From the IMG/VR virus record IMGVR_UViG_3300032282_001987: 64,000 bases of DNA. One strand, written 5' to 3'. Position numbers and translations under genes: made by a program. The stretch is from an uncultured virus (IMG/VR IMGVR_UViG_3300032282_001987). Its lineage: Duplodnaviria > Heunggongvirae > Uroviricota > Caudoviricetes. Every line of letters starts with the position of its first letter. Position 1 is the first letter of the stretch. Of the stretch, positions 43,801 through 49,675 are shown piece by piece. The notes under the pieces are model-generated. The model had not been told where the DNA came from, searched no databases, and was given only the letters and a program-made list of their open reading frames with translations.

Positions 43801-44310
43801 GCGGATACTGCATTCTTTAATATACTGGTACCAGTAGATACTACAGCAAGCGATAAAGTCATCACTACGTCTATGATATCTTCAGCGACACCAAACGAGT
43901 CTACGTTCAATATCCAAGTCAACAAGACCGGAACTATGGACATCTATACATTCAATGTTGCAGACAGGACTTGGTTAGCAGAAGATTTGATCATATCCGA
44001 TGATGTAGTTTATCTGAAAGATGCTGCTAGGGCTATCGAGCCTGGGTCCAATATGTTACAGATCAACGGGGAAAAGATCAGATTCACAGATATAGATTAT
44101 ATTGCCAATACGGTGTCTGGATTGACTAGGGGAATCGAAGGAACAGGTGTCTCGACATTAGTACATCCCAAGAATTCTTATGTCTATGGATTGTCTGCGG
44201 GCAAGAGATTAGCAACGGAATATTACAACAAGACTTGGAATACTGAGATATACACTTCTAAGGGCGACCCACAGCAGTTCAGTGAGACAGTCCCGGCGAG
44301 ATTCCTATAA
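28888..44310 (+). CDS. Giant (5140 aa) multidomain baseplate/fibre protein (position of gp7)
   Basis: Follows the gp6-like gene; starts RTIDFLPEIFRT; late EVKPYH motif; contains FG-GAP-like and Asp-box propeller repeats; one uninterrupted 15.4-kb ORF. Confidence 0.75.
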   Translation: MATRVRTIDFLPEIFRTKTNEQFLSATLDQLVQPPEYKRIQGYIGSKFGYGVQAEDTYLAESTKARRDYQFEPAVVFKKKDTTTAIDAITYPGLLDSLGINGALTGKNDRLFENEFYSWDSFVDLDKLINYSQYYWLPMGPDAVTVALDSIYTGDTFTVTSKDISYSFEGRLIKFNQDNPIITLVRGGTYEFDVSQTTNFWVQTQPGTSGYDPVNTNFSTREVYGVTNNGTKSGKIIFDVPLSTAQDDYSYAGNGTVDIVTSKSVDEIHGKKLSELKDIDGISNLNGKTLLFYGHTPAETGFLGTFFDDASGFDGDPNNDGYPNFEEGSYTVLNNNVYLIQYFGDPTDPIIKLSEYSLLPNDEKITALLGNQYANRGFVRNAYGEIILLPFITANLDTLYYQDSSNADKFGMIKLVDTVSSQSINIETDVLGKKTFTSSNGIKFTNGLKVKFVGTVYPESYKQDEYYVEGVGTSIVLLPVSEQQVPETFAEAYYAPYDMSPYDSEVYGSALSVPKIPDYILIHRNSINKNAWSRSNRWFHIDVLNYTLEKNSNTPNIDAAFKSTTTRARRPIIEFYPNIKLFNSGTMGKVPVDYINYSVTDAFNQVEGKSSFVIDGNSSVMFDGARVIFAGDTDPEVRNKIYTVAVARVATGGPQVITLSKSFDGDVLFNEQVVVTKGETYQGRSFYFDGSNWIEAQQKEKVNQLPRFDVFNSSGISFGDQEYYQGSDFDGCTLFQYAEGTGANDPVLGFPIKYSSITNIGDISFDVSINTATFNYAYDNKSINTVVNSGYVHTYDTIAEYKRHIGWQTAVAPSVQYQIFNLTYTGNDLICDIPVDTSIEWPAIVVYVDNQRTTDYTYIVENGATKVSLTSLPPLDTPVEILIHSAKVSQTAYYQIPSNFDHNPFNEQLKTVNLGDLRGHFKSICNNVTTLEGSAFGPNNYRDLGNIVPYGTRIIQNSASMIAPSIFLKESNNNFLNALRYNATEYVKFKTVLMDTVNKTDYNILSKNADILDDALDQITSVKNDTNPFFWSDMIPSKGAAITKSYTFKSGLTSSYFNLSKVYDFKNANYAGLLIYLTRNVDGILRTIQLVKDVDYNISETDKFVKIEKDLLVNDVITIKEYTQTYGSFVPNTPTKLGLYPSFIPSVILDSSYLTPTYFIQGHDGSYTKLHGAYNDGYLEDFRDRVLLEFETRIYNNLKVNATIPLEADDVIPGQFRTTDYSYDEIEQIYSAQFLNWVGLNRIEYIPQTYFKTNEFTWNYNKSINKLDQTTLKQGNWRGVYLWLYDTANPDTKPWEMLGLYNKPTWWDTRYGDAPYTSDNTLLWTDIANGSVWNNGSPYINTKRVRPDLLKVLPVGSTGRLVSPFTSIVNSYDVDTFRNDWSVGDMGPAEYSYRKSSTWPFDLMHIFALTKPARFFALGLNLDTYKYNAEFDQYLVNDRSRTEFYNNEVYGKDDTTSTHSYLNWIVDYLNQYGVDGYQQISDLISNVDVRLAYRMAGFSDKSLLKFFAEKGSPNSKNNSLLIPDESYNIILYQNEPYESIIYSSLIVQKTVNGYKVYGNGQEKAYFIVNVPMKNGAYDVVEVSANKVFLAKNHFTKTVIVPYGTEFTSIQDLADFVYGYGYYLEQQGVTFDDVESAIELNWKQMVAEILYWVSSGWEVGSTVNVNPCANQITIKNDSGVIQPLTMFQDNFILNQNLVPIQPKDLAITRVDTTFIAKALNSGDTISFLKAKVNSIEHLVVFDNSTVFNDTMFNLITGLRQQRIYVKGVKTASWNGTMTAAGFIINQDNIEEWKSNVKYNKGTIVKYKNEYWVANKVTIVPNVKFNTEEWHKTVYEDIQLGLLPNPSTRAYESTLYYNTNVANLKQDADLLSFSLIGYRPRTYLAEANLDDTTQVNIYKNLLSNKGTRHSLDALIGATLQQTKMNYTLHENWAIKKSEFGGILNKNFIEVTLDESKLLGNPATIAITHANDVDGIEQQIPLHSIKNYAYTVNNTDILPTIPSTTASELPTAGYVNLDDVRQTSYYVSGLDDALIGDLYKNDYIWVADKVGEWKVYTPLPLGVNLVSVLNNLNGTATFTFDGHHNLSEDDPFGIINFDTRVDGYYIVTTVSNLTTIVVSLSLPTAVTTIKGSGLGFSLVNQRVSVAKDILGLPVTNAEYVNNKVWVDSDPNNEWCVYRKSINYKPEDFLKPISTEFGGAVAITKLGYFVSDPSEGKLYNYRDNAGFLYLYNTITEVSGYGKVVVHNDDIMVVSKPDSFGDSVLYVYRMVKNDRVVALVEEQIILLGGYYVGEAMALSGDGNYLYASLFNDVDVGAVVEFQRNQYYTPSNVGLVLSEATISGTKEFVCYGDVTAGATPGKYVTFAPSGYGILTKLAYTIVTAQYNPSTDNTRFYVYEEIPYSFPEGTEVLRQSVSYTLLGAVTSEGLSIGTDRFGYSMATNYDGTKLFVGSPQSDFNYSNQDTGYSFVYDRLVENWELQADTPPYAFSLFFMPWSPAYGSAVYVNGERLDVGYYLIVSNLLIMSMPLKSGDIITVSSGNMVLKQELASYDVLEDIDPGEKFGFTMDCNSSGSELIVGSPFNLNAQRKEGAVFRYTNEGKRFGRITGIIQCNLLSGTYILINGYGVNIPHGGNALYVANVINQNIITNVFAYATEDNRLVIRLRDMDLNPVNNKLNLTVLNGTILAELGIADYLKTQVILDPHSEGRTQFGYTVKFNENNSFVVSAPVANRYLGTFFDRIEDDDTHNDTVFDNNFTTWEDEFTDAGSVYMYDYIESYGETLSTFGNYIYAQSCNDTISDYGKQPYYGEKLAFRDNKLLIGVPRFKPDDEGGRVVFYKNNLGKPDWSVFRKSSDVVDISKIQRIQLYNNISDVTISSLDYFDPLQGKLLGPVRENIDFISGADPAGYNNPSEFKGNLVWGKEQVGKIWFDVTTTKFINYHQEDIQYNIKYWGNVFPGSTVTVYTWIESNVIPALYIGNGTPYDFARYSASFETDASGNLVPKYYYWVRNSNILFSNIGKTLTDAVIEQYINDPQNSGIAYFSPLLPNVYALYNSRDYIYSKETNLHVGYSTNDIDVPNHIEFQLIRTDYPDDFLQGLPSATSTEPSGLYNKMLSSLAGVDELGAILPNPMLPKLLQTGIGIRPNQSLFLDRFGALKNYLGYANTILKQYPVSEIDNLTFLSANGDNYDTRNYWETIYWWAEGYSDTTKTAFEVEYYYDLAKIEAIENMIVGVLYNSENKREVYTYKDSSWTRIGLEDGTIQFLSTLWDYQANKIGYGDNFFDTGAFDAYPTIETRYVIRALNEQIYVGPLYEHRNKSLILLFEYIQSENIASNNHLPWLNKTSLADISYNIRDLLPYQKYQSDNLNLLSGYANEVKPYHVVLKDFYFNYTGTDTFDADITDFDLPARYDSEVNKYVTPELTYGVPSRYEQKDIDDAIWTGEYSPWFENHGLTLTAKPDYVITTTRRYITATAQEIYVVNARGMPVEAVIKIDGELIGYNTIDRDTGKLSGLSRGLDNTVITEHNPNVNVYIDLTGVTVLDSGYGYIDPPVVTAYLDTTKYPAPKTEARLQAIMSGDRVIGVEILDEGAGYVVTPEIRFTSSVEVNFTETEMSFVADLLVLPIIGLENHSVVYISSVKPGAIPEGYYYISLINESATESVISLHTEHRNSISGDHRLIFKNSLSDPTNVYTLGVRPRAISNAHQSVVRDFVSTIKLDRTSYNTQVEQWESGLFWPSLFNSLGNDASTGDSLAYGIPHEDPDYSATTVLGLGAHFTVYNLIYSGTYGATVTTPGVGYAVGDSFVVSGTDLGGTSPANDCTITVATITGSNPTGPIATVTVTGNSAQISAASLQGAVLPITNLENDSDTAVVSVNYTPSTLKPGQIKGLRAYFYTDLPAYTYDDSGSGGAVIEIHRPRFTPTGISNQYFIKITDYGSIYYDDYPPIVIPGGSLGGITGTNDAVIRIKYADAGTGKILVCSVSGIAIGEFTTYYVYPLSATQLRVYEDVNLTVPVLYDGFAYDGSGDNYMYVPEPLFSGGGYKYVANAIVSYNNRVWRCIESNSDIEFDYAKWEEVKSDDRILNALDRIKGYYQPTPDMVANDLRQLVSGTSYPNNIYYGNDFAPEDVLPLDFELRDEAFYPRDSNIKGITARVVRDEEQNILSVLYVAVGDSSEESFVLTSTDGENWTFNFLSKQSLGVTDITWSGDYFVISTTNLDNPIFISTDGYNWYTTGSTHAYDFIEGFDVLGFDTVQVTTPKDSLYSVMYSNEKYVAVGKDILTSDNAVTWTQKFNFGSRLSNTIKAVIYASVPLYEGYIAVGSGDQVVSGGGTAAPSIQNNTRIITSANGEVWEARAVPFTTKQMNAIMSSTSQGRIVTAGEDGEIWYTETTNNWLQTTSIIGDPVTSTFRDGLFVERTWTMLTLQLFFLVGDDGTILTSSDGITWNNYTNPILTTENLNGISLVGDHVYVVGENGTILRTYDGITWENVSYITKTDPFYTVKGSDFLFGYGPEEMVPGVVTDTLSMTVHTTPGAAWDKETISQDFLYEHTGFNMKSKVFELGVGETEIDFSGIVQNPAQISVYTLDVDNFVRIYPTTGYVIDSWIDQTIVLDPSLAGSTVLVEVYEIGNGQQMVRSNNQDMPMTVNNDGNSEILLNVPNTTLEIPIVYHNGTRLEYLTDYNISVGSDNNLKIDFATLYDESLDYITFAIIADSTDDFNTNHYGYSIPETEVFVYDGSTTVFSLSNYVSPDEPDNAVVELNGVRLIPTTDYTVDYLTSELTVTASLSMDDVIAVTTFNDTQRQYLKTDYFDSGNSSFFNAQVTYVDNTVTPVRVITTTDLSIADTYYEFGVHTGDMVRIDGLLGSTELNGLGNISGDEYHKFFAYSDPSYTGSGYAYRLNIVDPADDTRQIPLNGDLVSNYISGGYMCKQNDMLILTNTIINLENGVGDPYTIVPKTASRVWTTVNGERVDPENLRIYDIPGYADTAFFNILVPVDTTASDKVITTSMISSATPNESTFNIQVNKTGTMDIYTFNVADRTWLAEDLIISDDVVYLKDAARAIEPGSNMLQINGEKIRFTDIDYIANTVSGLTRGIEGTGVSTLVHPKNSYVYGLSAGKRLATEYYNKTWNTEIYTSKGDPQQFSETVPARFL

Positions 44311-44338
44311 TCGGGTCTATTTTAAAGATAAATAAATT

Positions 44339-44488
44339 ATGAACCAAGAACCCAACAAGAAAGAGAGTCAAAAAGAGCAAGATGATAAACCTGTCGATGA
44401 GCAGGGAGGGTTCGTTTTCAGTTCTGCTATAAAGATTTTTGACCCAAATACTGATGAAATACTAGTACAAATGCGAGGCGACAACTGA
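44339..44488 (+). CDS. Small protein, 49 aa (not in the ORF track)
   Basis: MNQEPNKKESQKEQDDKPVDEQGGFVFSSAIKIFDPNTDEILVQMRGDN; GATAAATA at 44327-44334; TGATG overlap with the next gene. Confidence 0.7.
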   Translation: MNQEPNKKESQKEQDDKPVDEQGGFVFSSAIKIFDPNTDEILVQMRGDN

Positions 44489-45108
44489 TGTCAAAAGTGA
44501 ATATCCCAATACAAATAGAAGGTTTTCTGAAGGTCTATGATCCTAACAATGGGGAAGTCTTTTATGACGGCCACAATGCTATTCACTATGAAAATATCTC
44601 AGTAGCTATCGCTGATGCACTCAGTAGCCGGGGTTATGGTAGCATCTTAAAGATGGCCTTCGGTAACGGTGGCGCCAGCGTAGACGAGACTGGAGTCATC
44701 ACATATCTACCCACTAACACAACTGGACAAAACGCAGCATTATACAACCAGACCTATACAAAAATCGTAGATGATACCAGCGTATTGAACTCAGATCCAA
44801 CGAGGAACAAGATGCTAGTGAGCCACACTGCGGGTAAAGTCTACACAGACATAATCGTGCAGGCCTTGTTAGATTATGGTGAGCCTGCGGGGCAAGCAGC
44901 ATTCGATAATAGCACACAGATGCAGTCTACTTTCGTATTTGACGAGATAGGACTACTAGCAGATTATGGATCAGATGAGTTTGGTAATGAACTGTCTAAA
45001 TTACTGACCCATGTGATCTTTCACCCAATACAAAAGAGTTTGAATAGACAGATACAGATTGACTATACTGTCAGGATACAGAGCCTGACGAATTTGCTGA
45101 CAGTATAA
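44488..45108 (+). CDS. Virion structural protein (baseplate/fibre attachment-like)
   Basis: HNAIHYEN, MAFGNGG, LDYGEP, FDEIGL, THVIFHPIQKSLNRQIQIDYTVRI. Confidence 0.65.
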   Translation: MSKVNIPIQIEGFLKVYDPNNGEVFYDGHNAIHYENISVAIADALSSRGYGSILKMAFGNGGASVDETGVITYLPTNTTGQNAALYNQTYTKIVDDTSVLNSDPTRNKMLVSHTAGKVYTDIIVQALLDYGEPAGQAAFDNSTQMQSTFVFDEIGLLADYGSDEFGNELSKLLTHVIFHPIQKSLNRQIQIDYTVRIQSLTNLLTV

Positions 45109-45145
45109 GATAAATAGTTGAAATAATCTCGCGGAGCGATAAAGA

Positions 45146-46399
45146 ATGGCCTATACAATCATAAGAAGCAACGGTTCGACACTGACAACGATTCAGGATG
45201 GAACCATCAATACTACTAGCACGTCCCTAGGTTTGCCCGGACGTAACTATGCGGGTTATGGACAGATCCTAGACACTAATATTGTCAGGAGTATGGAGAA
45301 TTTCGCTAATGATACTCCTCCCCCAAACCCAATCAAGGGTCAATTATGGTATAACACATCAGCGAATACACTGAATGTATGTCCCGCAGATGGAGAGACC
45401 AGTGCAGGAAATTGGCTGACATTAGCTAGTACTAATTCAGGCGGAGATGTTGTATTAGGTGAATTGAATGTTACTGGTAATCTTACAGTAGGAAATATCG
45501 TATTATCCTCAGTAGATGATTCTATAATCGCAGATAGTATCACTGTACGAATAGCAACAGTCTCAGACAGTGCCAATATCGGAAATGCTAATCTAACCGT
45601 AGCTACTATCGGTAGCACACATACTAGAGTCATCTGGAGCGATTCGGCTGAGAGCAATAACGCTATCACAGGTAACATTCACGGGTCATGGACTTTCACT
45701 GGAAATTCTTCTGGAAATGCTATCGCTGTGACAAATGGCGCAGGAAACATCGCATTCGCATCAGGAAGCACGAACGGTATACGTTGCGACAACTATATGT
45801 ATGCCAATGGAGCTTCGTTCAATCCAAGCGGTACTTACAATGATGGTAACGTCTATGACTATCTGACAGGTTCAAATGCTGTCACTAGATTTAGCGGTGA
45901 GATCAATCCAAGCGGTTGCAATACAACTATCATCACTACAGGCGCGAACAACGTAGGCGGAACGATCACAGGTAATTGGACATTGAGTGCAGGTAGTAGG
46001 TTGAATGCTACATATGCTGACTTGGCAGAACGTTTCGAGGCAGATATGCCATATGCTCCTGGTACGGTCGTAGAATTGGGCGGAGATAAAGAGATCACTG
46101 CTGTCGTAGAAGAATTAAGTGAGAGTGTATTTGGTGTGATAAGTAATACTGCTGCGCTAATGATGAATAGCGCCTCAGGAAATGACCAAACACATCCTCC
46201 TGTAGCAGTAAGTGGTAGAGTATTGGTAAAAGTTACGGGACCTGTTAAAAAAGGCGAACGTCTTGTAAGTGCAGGAAATGGTACAGCACGTGCAGCTAAA
46301 CCAGGTGAAGTAACGGCATTCAATACTATCGGTAGATCACTAGCATACAAAGAAGATGACGGTCTAGGAACAGTAGAAGCAATAGTGATCATTCGATAA
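45146..46399 (+). CDS. Tail fibre-like protein with C-terminal autocleaving chaperone-like domain
   Basis: N-terminal GRNYAGYG...ENFA...P.NPIKGQLWY; C-terminal YADLAERFEAD..YAPGTVV...GVIS...VAVSGRV.VKV.G.VKKGERLVS; GATAAATA at 45109-45116. Confidence 0.75.
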   Translation: MAYTIIRSNGSTLTTIQDGTINTTSTSLGLPGRNYAGYGQILDTNIVRSMENFANDTPPPNPIKGQLWYNTSANTLNVCPADGETSAGNWLTLASTNSGGDVVLGELNVTGNLTVGNIVLSSVDDSIIADSITVRIATVSDSANIGNANLTVATIGSTHTRVIWSDSAESNNAITGNIHGSWTFTGNSSGNAIAVTNGAGNIAFASGSTNGIRCDNYMYANGASFNPSGTYNDGNVYDYLTGSNAVTRFSGEINPSGCNTTIITTGANNVGGTITGNWTLSAGSRLNATYADLAERFEADMPYAPGTVVELGGDKEITAVVEELSESVFGVISNTAALMMNSASGNDQTHPPVAVSGRVLVKVTGPVKKGERLVSAGNGTARAAKPGEVTAFNTIGRSLAYKEDDGLGTVEAIVIIR

Positions 46400-46409
46400 G
46401 GGATAGATA

Positions 46410-47375
46410 ATGTCTTACGCTCAACACGGTAAAATAGAATATACCGACTACAATACTCTAGTAGGTACTACCACAGATACTACTGCTAACCGATTGAATA
46501 GTGTCTTTGGAGTAGGATCAGGTAGTTATGGTTACGGACAGACTCCTATCTCTCAGGTGGCACAGCACGATAGAGTGACAGCAGCACAATGGGCTAGTCT
46601 GATAAACACTACCGCTGCTTTAGGAAACCATCAGGGTACTCCTTATTCTGTATTGAGTGCTCCTAGTACAGGAACCAAAGTCACTTATCTGGCCGCATTA
46701 CCCACAAACATCACTAACGTATATAATGGTAGATTGAATGCTGTAGCACAAGGTACATCAACACCAAACGTAGCTACTAACGGTAGCACTTGGAGACAAT
46801 ATCTACAATTCACTCATACTGTTAATTTTGCATCTGGAAACGCAGCTAGATATTTCTTCAACGCCGGTGGACAGATCGCTTTGACTTTTTTCCACCCCAC
46901 TAACGGTACTGGTGCTAATCCAATGTTTAGCGCGTTATGTACAGCATGCGGTACGGTAGTGATAAGTTCCGTTTCTACAGGTACAGTCACGATAGGATCT
47001 ACGCTACCTAACATCTATAACGGTGTCACTAAAGTCGGAGGTAGTGGTGCCGCTGCAACATTGGTGGCAACTGCAGGATACTATGGATTGACTAATGTGG
47101 ATACTGAGATATTCAGACAATATCCCACTAGTGGTGTGTTTGCTGGTTATGCGTATTCATATCTATCTGTAAAAGCTAGAACTAACGGAGCACAAGGTTC
47201 TAATGCTGATAACGGAAGTCAGATAACTATAACTACCCTGATAGATGAAGTTCCTGATAATCTAGTGTGTCTATCCGGTGCATCTGTGACAGCAACCATA
47301 AAGCCCCCATCAACAGCGTACCTAACCAATACATGGGGAACAATCACAGTAACCAATAACGTTACTGGTGTATAA
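46410..47375 (+). CDS. Virion structural protein (T/G/N-rich, fibre-associated)
   Basis: GYGQT, V(T)AAQW..L, ARYFFNAGGQI motifs; last gene of the structural block. Confidence 0.6.
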   Translation: MSYAQHGKIEYTDYNTLVGTTTDTTANRLNSVFGVGSGSYGYGQTPISQVAQHDRVTAAQWASLINTTAALGNHQGTPYSVLSAPSTGTKVTYLAALPTNITNVYNGRLNAVAQGTSTPNVATNGSTWRQYLQFTHTVNFASGNAARYFFNAGGQIALTFFHPTNGTGANPMFSALCTACGTVVISSVSTGTVTIGSTLPNIYNGVTKVGGSGAAATLVATAGYYGLTNVDTEIFRQYPTSGVFAGYAYSYLSVKARTNGAQGSNADNGSQITITTLIDEVPDNLVCLSGASVTATIKPPSTAYLTNTWGTITVTNNVTGV

Positions 47376-47405
47376 ATAGAAAATTAACTTACCCGTTTTG
47401 TATCT

Positions 47406-47430
47406 CTAAATACTTGCAGGAGTATTTATG
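47406..47430 (+). promoter_or_regulatory. Late promoter variant CTAAATA embedded in an RBS-sequestering hairpin
   Basis: TAAATACT-TGCAGG-AGTATTTA inverted repeat covers part of the AGGAG SD and the A of ATG 47428. A perfect TATAAATA also lies at 47371-47378. Confidence 0.6.
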
Positions 47431-47739
47431 GATACAAAAAGCCTCATCTCAGAAGCTAGAGCCAGATTCAATCACAACCAAGCCAAAGAATATCTGAGAG
47501 ACAAATACGAGAGTAAACTTACTGCAGCCGATCAAGGAGGCCTGTGGAAAATAACACCAGAACTCATCTCCTTCTTATCAAGCCGGCTACCGAACTCCAC
47601 TCATATAATTCTTGTAGATAGTTATGACAATCCTTGCAAAGTAGATACTGAAAAATTACTCAAAAAGCTACAAAGTGTATATGACGAAGTAATGGAGTCG
47701 TGGTATACTGAATGGAAAGAGTTAGAGAAGAATCGATGA
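47428..47739 (+). CDS. Hypothetical protein
   Basis: 103 aa, AGGAG RBS, ATGA overlap with the next gene. Confidence 0.75.
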   Translation: MDTKSLISEARARFNHNQAKEYLRDKYESKLTAADQGGLWKITPELISFLSSRLPNSTHIILVDSYDNPCKVDTEKLLKKLQSVYDEVMESWYTEWKELEKNR

Positions 47740-48527
47740 ATAGAGGTATCCTTCTCTTTGCATTCAACACAGAGCAAGTAGATTATGTAAAGATGGCTAT
47801 AGCTACTGCGAAAAGAGCCAATCATTTTCTAAATCTGCCGGTGAGTGTAGTCACGAATGTAGATGCTGAACATATAGATTATGCATTCGATACTGTGATA
47901 ATCGAGAATGCAGATAAATCTAACGTCAAAAACAACAAAGTCTGGGCCAACAAAGGTAGATACAGGGCGTTCGAGCTAAGTCCATATGATGAGACCCTAG
48001 TGTTAGATACAGACTATCTAATCAACAGCGATACACTGTTAAAACCATTCGATATGTATCATGATTTTATGTGCCACAACAGGACCAGTTTTTTGATGAC
48101 CCCGGTACAGCCACCGGAAAAACTCAGCGACAATTCATTCGAGACGTTGTGGGCTACTGTGATGTATTTTAAAAAGACAAACAGGGCAAAACATATTTTT
48201 CAGTGTATGGAGATGATACAGAAAAATTATGATCATTATATAAATCTCTACAAATTGATAGGTGGATCATATAGAAATGATCATGCGTTGACCATCGCAT
48301 TAAAGATAGCAAATGGTCAGACAGAAGATATTTCTACCTATATACCTTGGAATCTAGTGCATGCAGGAACTAATGTTAGCGTATATAGAAATAATGAAAC
48401 AGAGTTTAATACAGAGTATACTGTATTAACCGCAGACTATAAAAATAAGAAATCTTATGGTATCGTGAAAGATTTTGATTTTCATGTCATAAACAAAAAT
48501 ATCTTCATGGAGTTAGTTGATGGATAA
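47736..48527 (+). CDS. Glycosyltransferase-like protein (GT-A fold)
   Basis: GILLFAFN..DY, AFELSPYDETLVLDTD (DxD), WATVMYF, RNDHA; start moved to the ATGA overlap. Confidence 0.65.
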   Translation: MNRGILLFAFNTEQVDYVKMAIATAKRANHFLNLPVSVVTNVDAEHIDYAFDTVIIENADKSNVKNNKVWANKGRYRAFELSPYDETLVLDTDYLINSDTLLKPFDMYHDFMCHNRTSFLMTPVQPPEKLSDNSFETLWATVMYFKKTNRAKHIFQCMEMIQKNYDHYINLYKLIGGSYRNDHALTIALKIANGQTEDISTYIPWNLVHAGTNVSVYRNNETEFNTEYTVLTADYKNKKSYGIVKDFDFHVINKNIFMELVDG

Positions 48528-49314
48528 AGGATTCGTCATACTAGCTGAGAATACTAAGACCGTCGACTATGTATCTTGTGCAGAGACACTAGCACATAGT
48601 ATCAAAAAAATCATGCCTGATGAAAAGATCACCTTGATCAGCACATCATTGAGTAATAGCCCATATTTCGATAGTATAGTGACATTACCGCATGGTGATC
48701 TATCCCCGGACAGTGAATGGAAATTGATCAACGATTGGCAGGTATATGACGCTAGTCCATATGAATACACGATAAAACTTGAAGCGGATATGTATATACC
48801 TATAGATATATCATATTGGTGGGATGTCCTAGTAGAACGAGAATTAGTCATCAGCACACATATACGTGATTTCCGCAATCAACTTTCTACAGTCAAGACA
48901 TATCGCCGATTCATCACGGATAATAAATTACCAGATACGTATAATGCTATCACGTATTTCAAGAAGTCTGAATTAGCCAAACGATTCTTTATGATAGTGA
49001 GGGATGTGTTCGAACATTGGGAAGAGTATAAAGCGTTAATGAAATCTGATCCCAAAGAGATAGCCACGACAGATTGGGTATATGCTATCGCAGCGCACAT
49101 CGTGGGAACAGAGAATTGCACATTACCTGATTTCAAGCAGATGAGCATGATACACATGAAAAGATTCGTCAATAGTCTAGTCACTGAAGATTGGACAAAA
49201 GAATTAGTGATAGAAACGCATGATGTATTGAAGATTAATACTATCCCACAGCGTTATCCTTTCCACTATCATGTCAAGTCATTCCATGAAAATTTGAGGA
49301 TCGGTCATGACTGA
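48517..49314 (+). CDS. Glycosyltransferase-like protein, paralogue of the preceding gene
   Basis: GFVILAEN..DY, ASPYEYTIKLEADM (EAD in place of DxD), YNAITYFKKS. Confidence 0.6.
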   Translation: MMDKGFVILAENTKTVDYVSCAETLAHSIKKIMPDEKITLISTSLSNSPYFDSIVTLPHGDLSPDSEWKLINDWQVYDASPYEYTIKLEADMYIPIDISYWWDVLVERELVISTHIRDFRNQLSTVKTYRRFITDNKLPDTYNAITYFKKSELAKRFFMIVRDVFEHWEEYKALMKSDPKEIATTDWVYAIAAHIVGTENCTLPDFKQMSMIHMKRFVNSLVTEDWTKELVIETHDVLKINTIPQRYPFHYHVKSFHENLRIGHD

Positions 49315-49675
49315 ATTAGACATAGATGAATTAGAAAAAGAGCTAGCAGGTATGATCAGAATACCTGAACCTGTCGTACCTGAATTTAGGTTGTATTATG
49401 ATGAGAAAGGTAGTATACTGTTTTATACCTGCGAGAAGCCAGAGGGCGACTATATCGTGATCGATGCTCACACGTATGCATGTGGTAGATATGATATACG
49501 GGTCAAAGATAAGCAGATCGTCTATGACCCTAGATCAGTGATAATACAGACTATGGCTGAATCTAATGCAGGAATACGATGTGCTAGCGAAGATGTGAAC
49601 ATAATAGTTGATGATGATTATACAGGTAATACATTAAAATGGGAAATCAAGACACATGAATTCAGATTTGATTGA
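49307..49675 (+). CDS. Hypothetical protein
   Basis: 122-aa ORF overlapping both neighbours. Confidence 0.65.
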   Translation: MTELDIDELEKELAGMIRIPEPVVPEFRLYYDEKGSILFYTCEKPEGDYIVIDAHTYACGRYDIRVKDKQIVYDPRSVIIQTMAESNAGIRCASEDVNIIVDDDYTGNTLKWEIKTHEFRFD

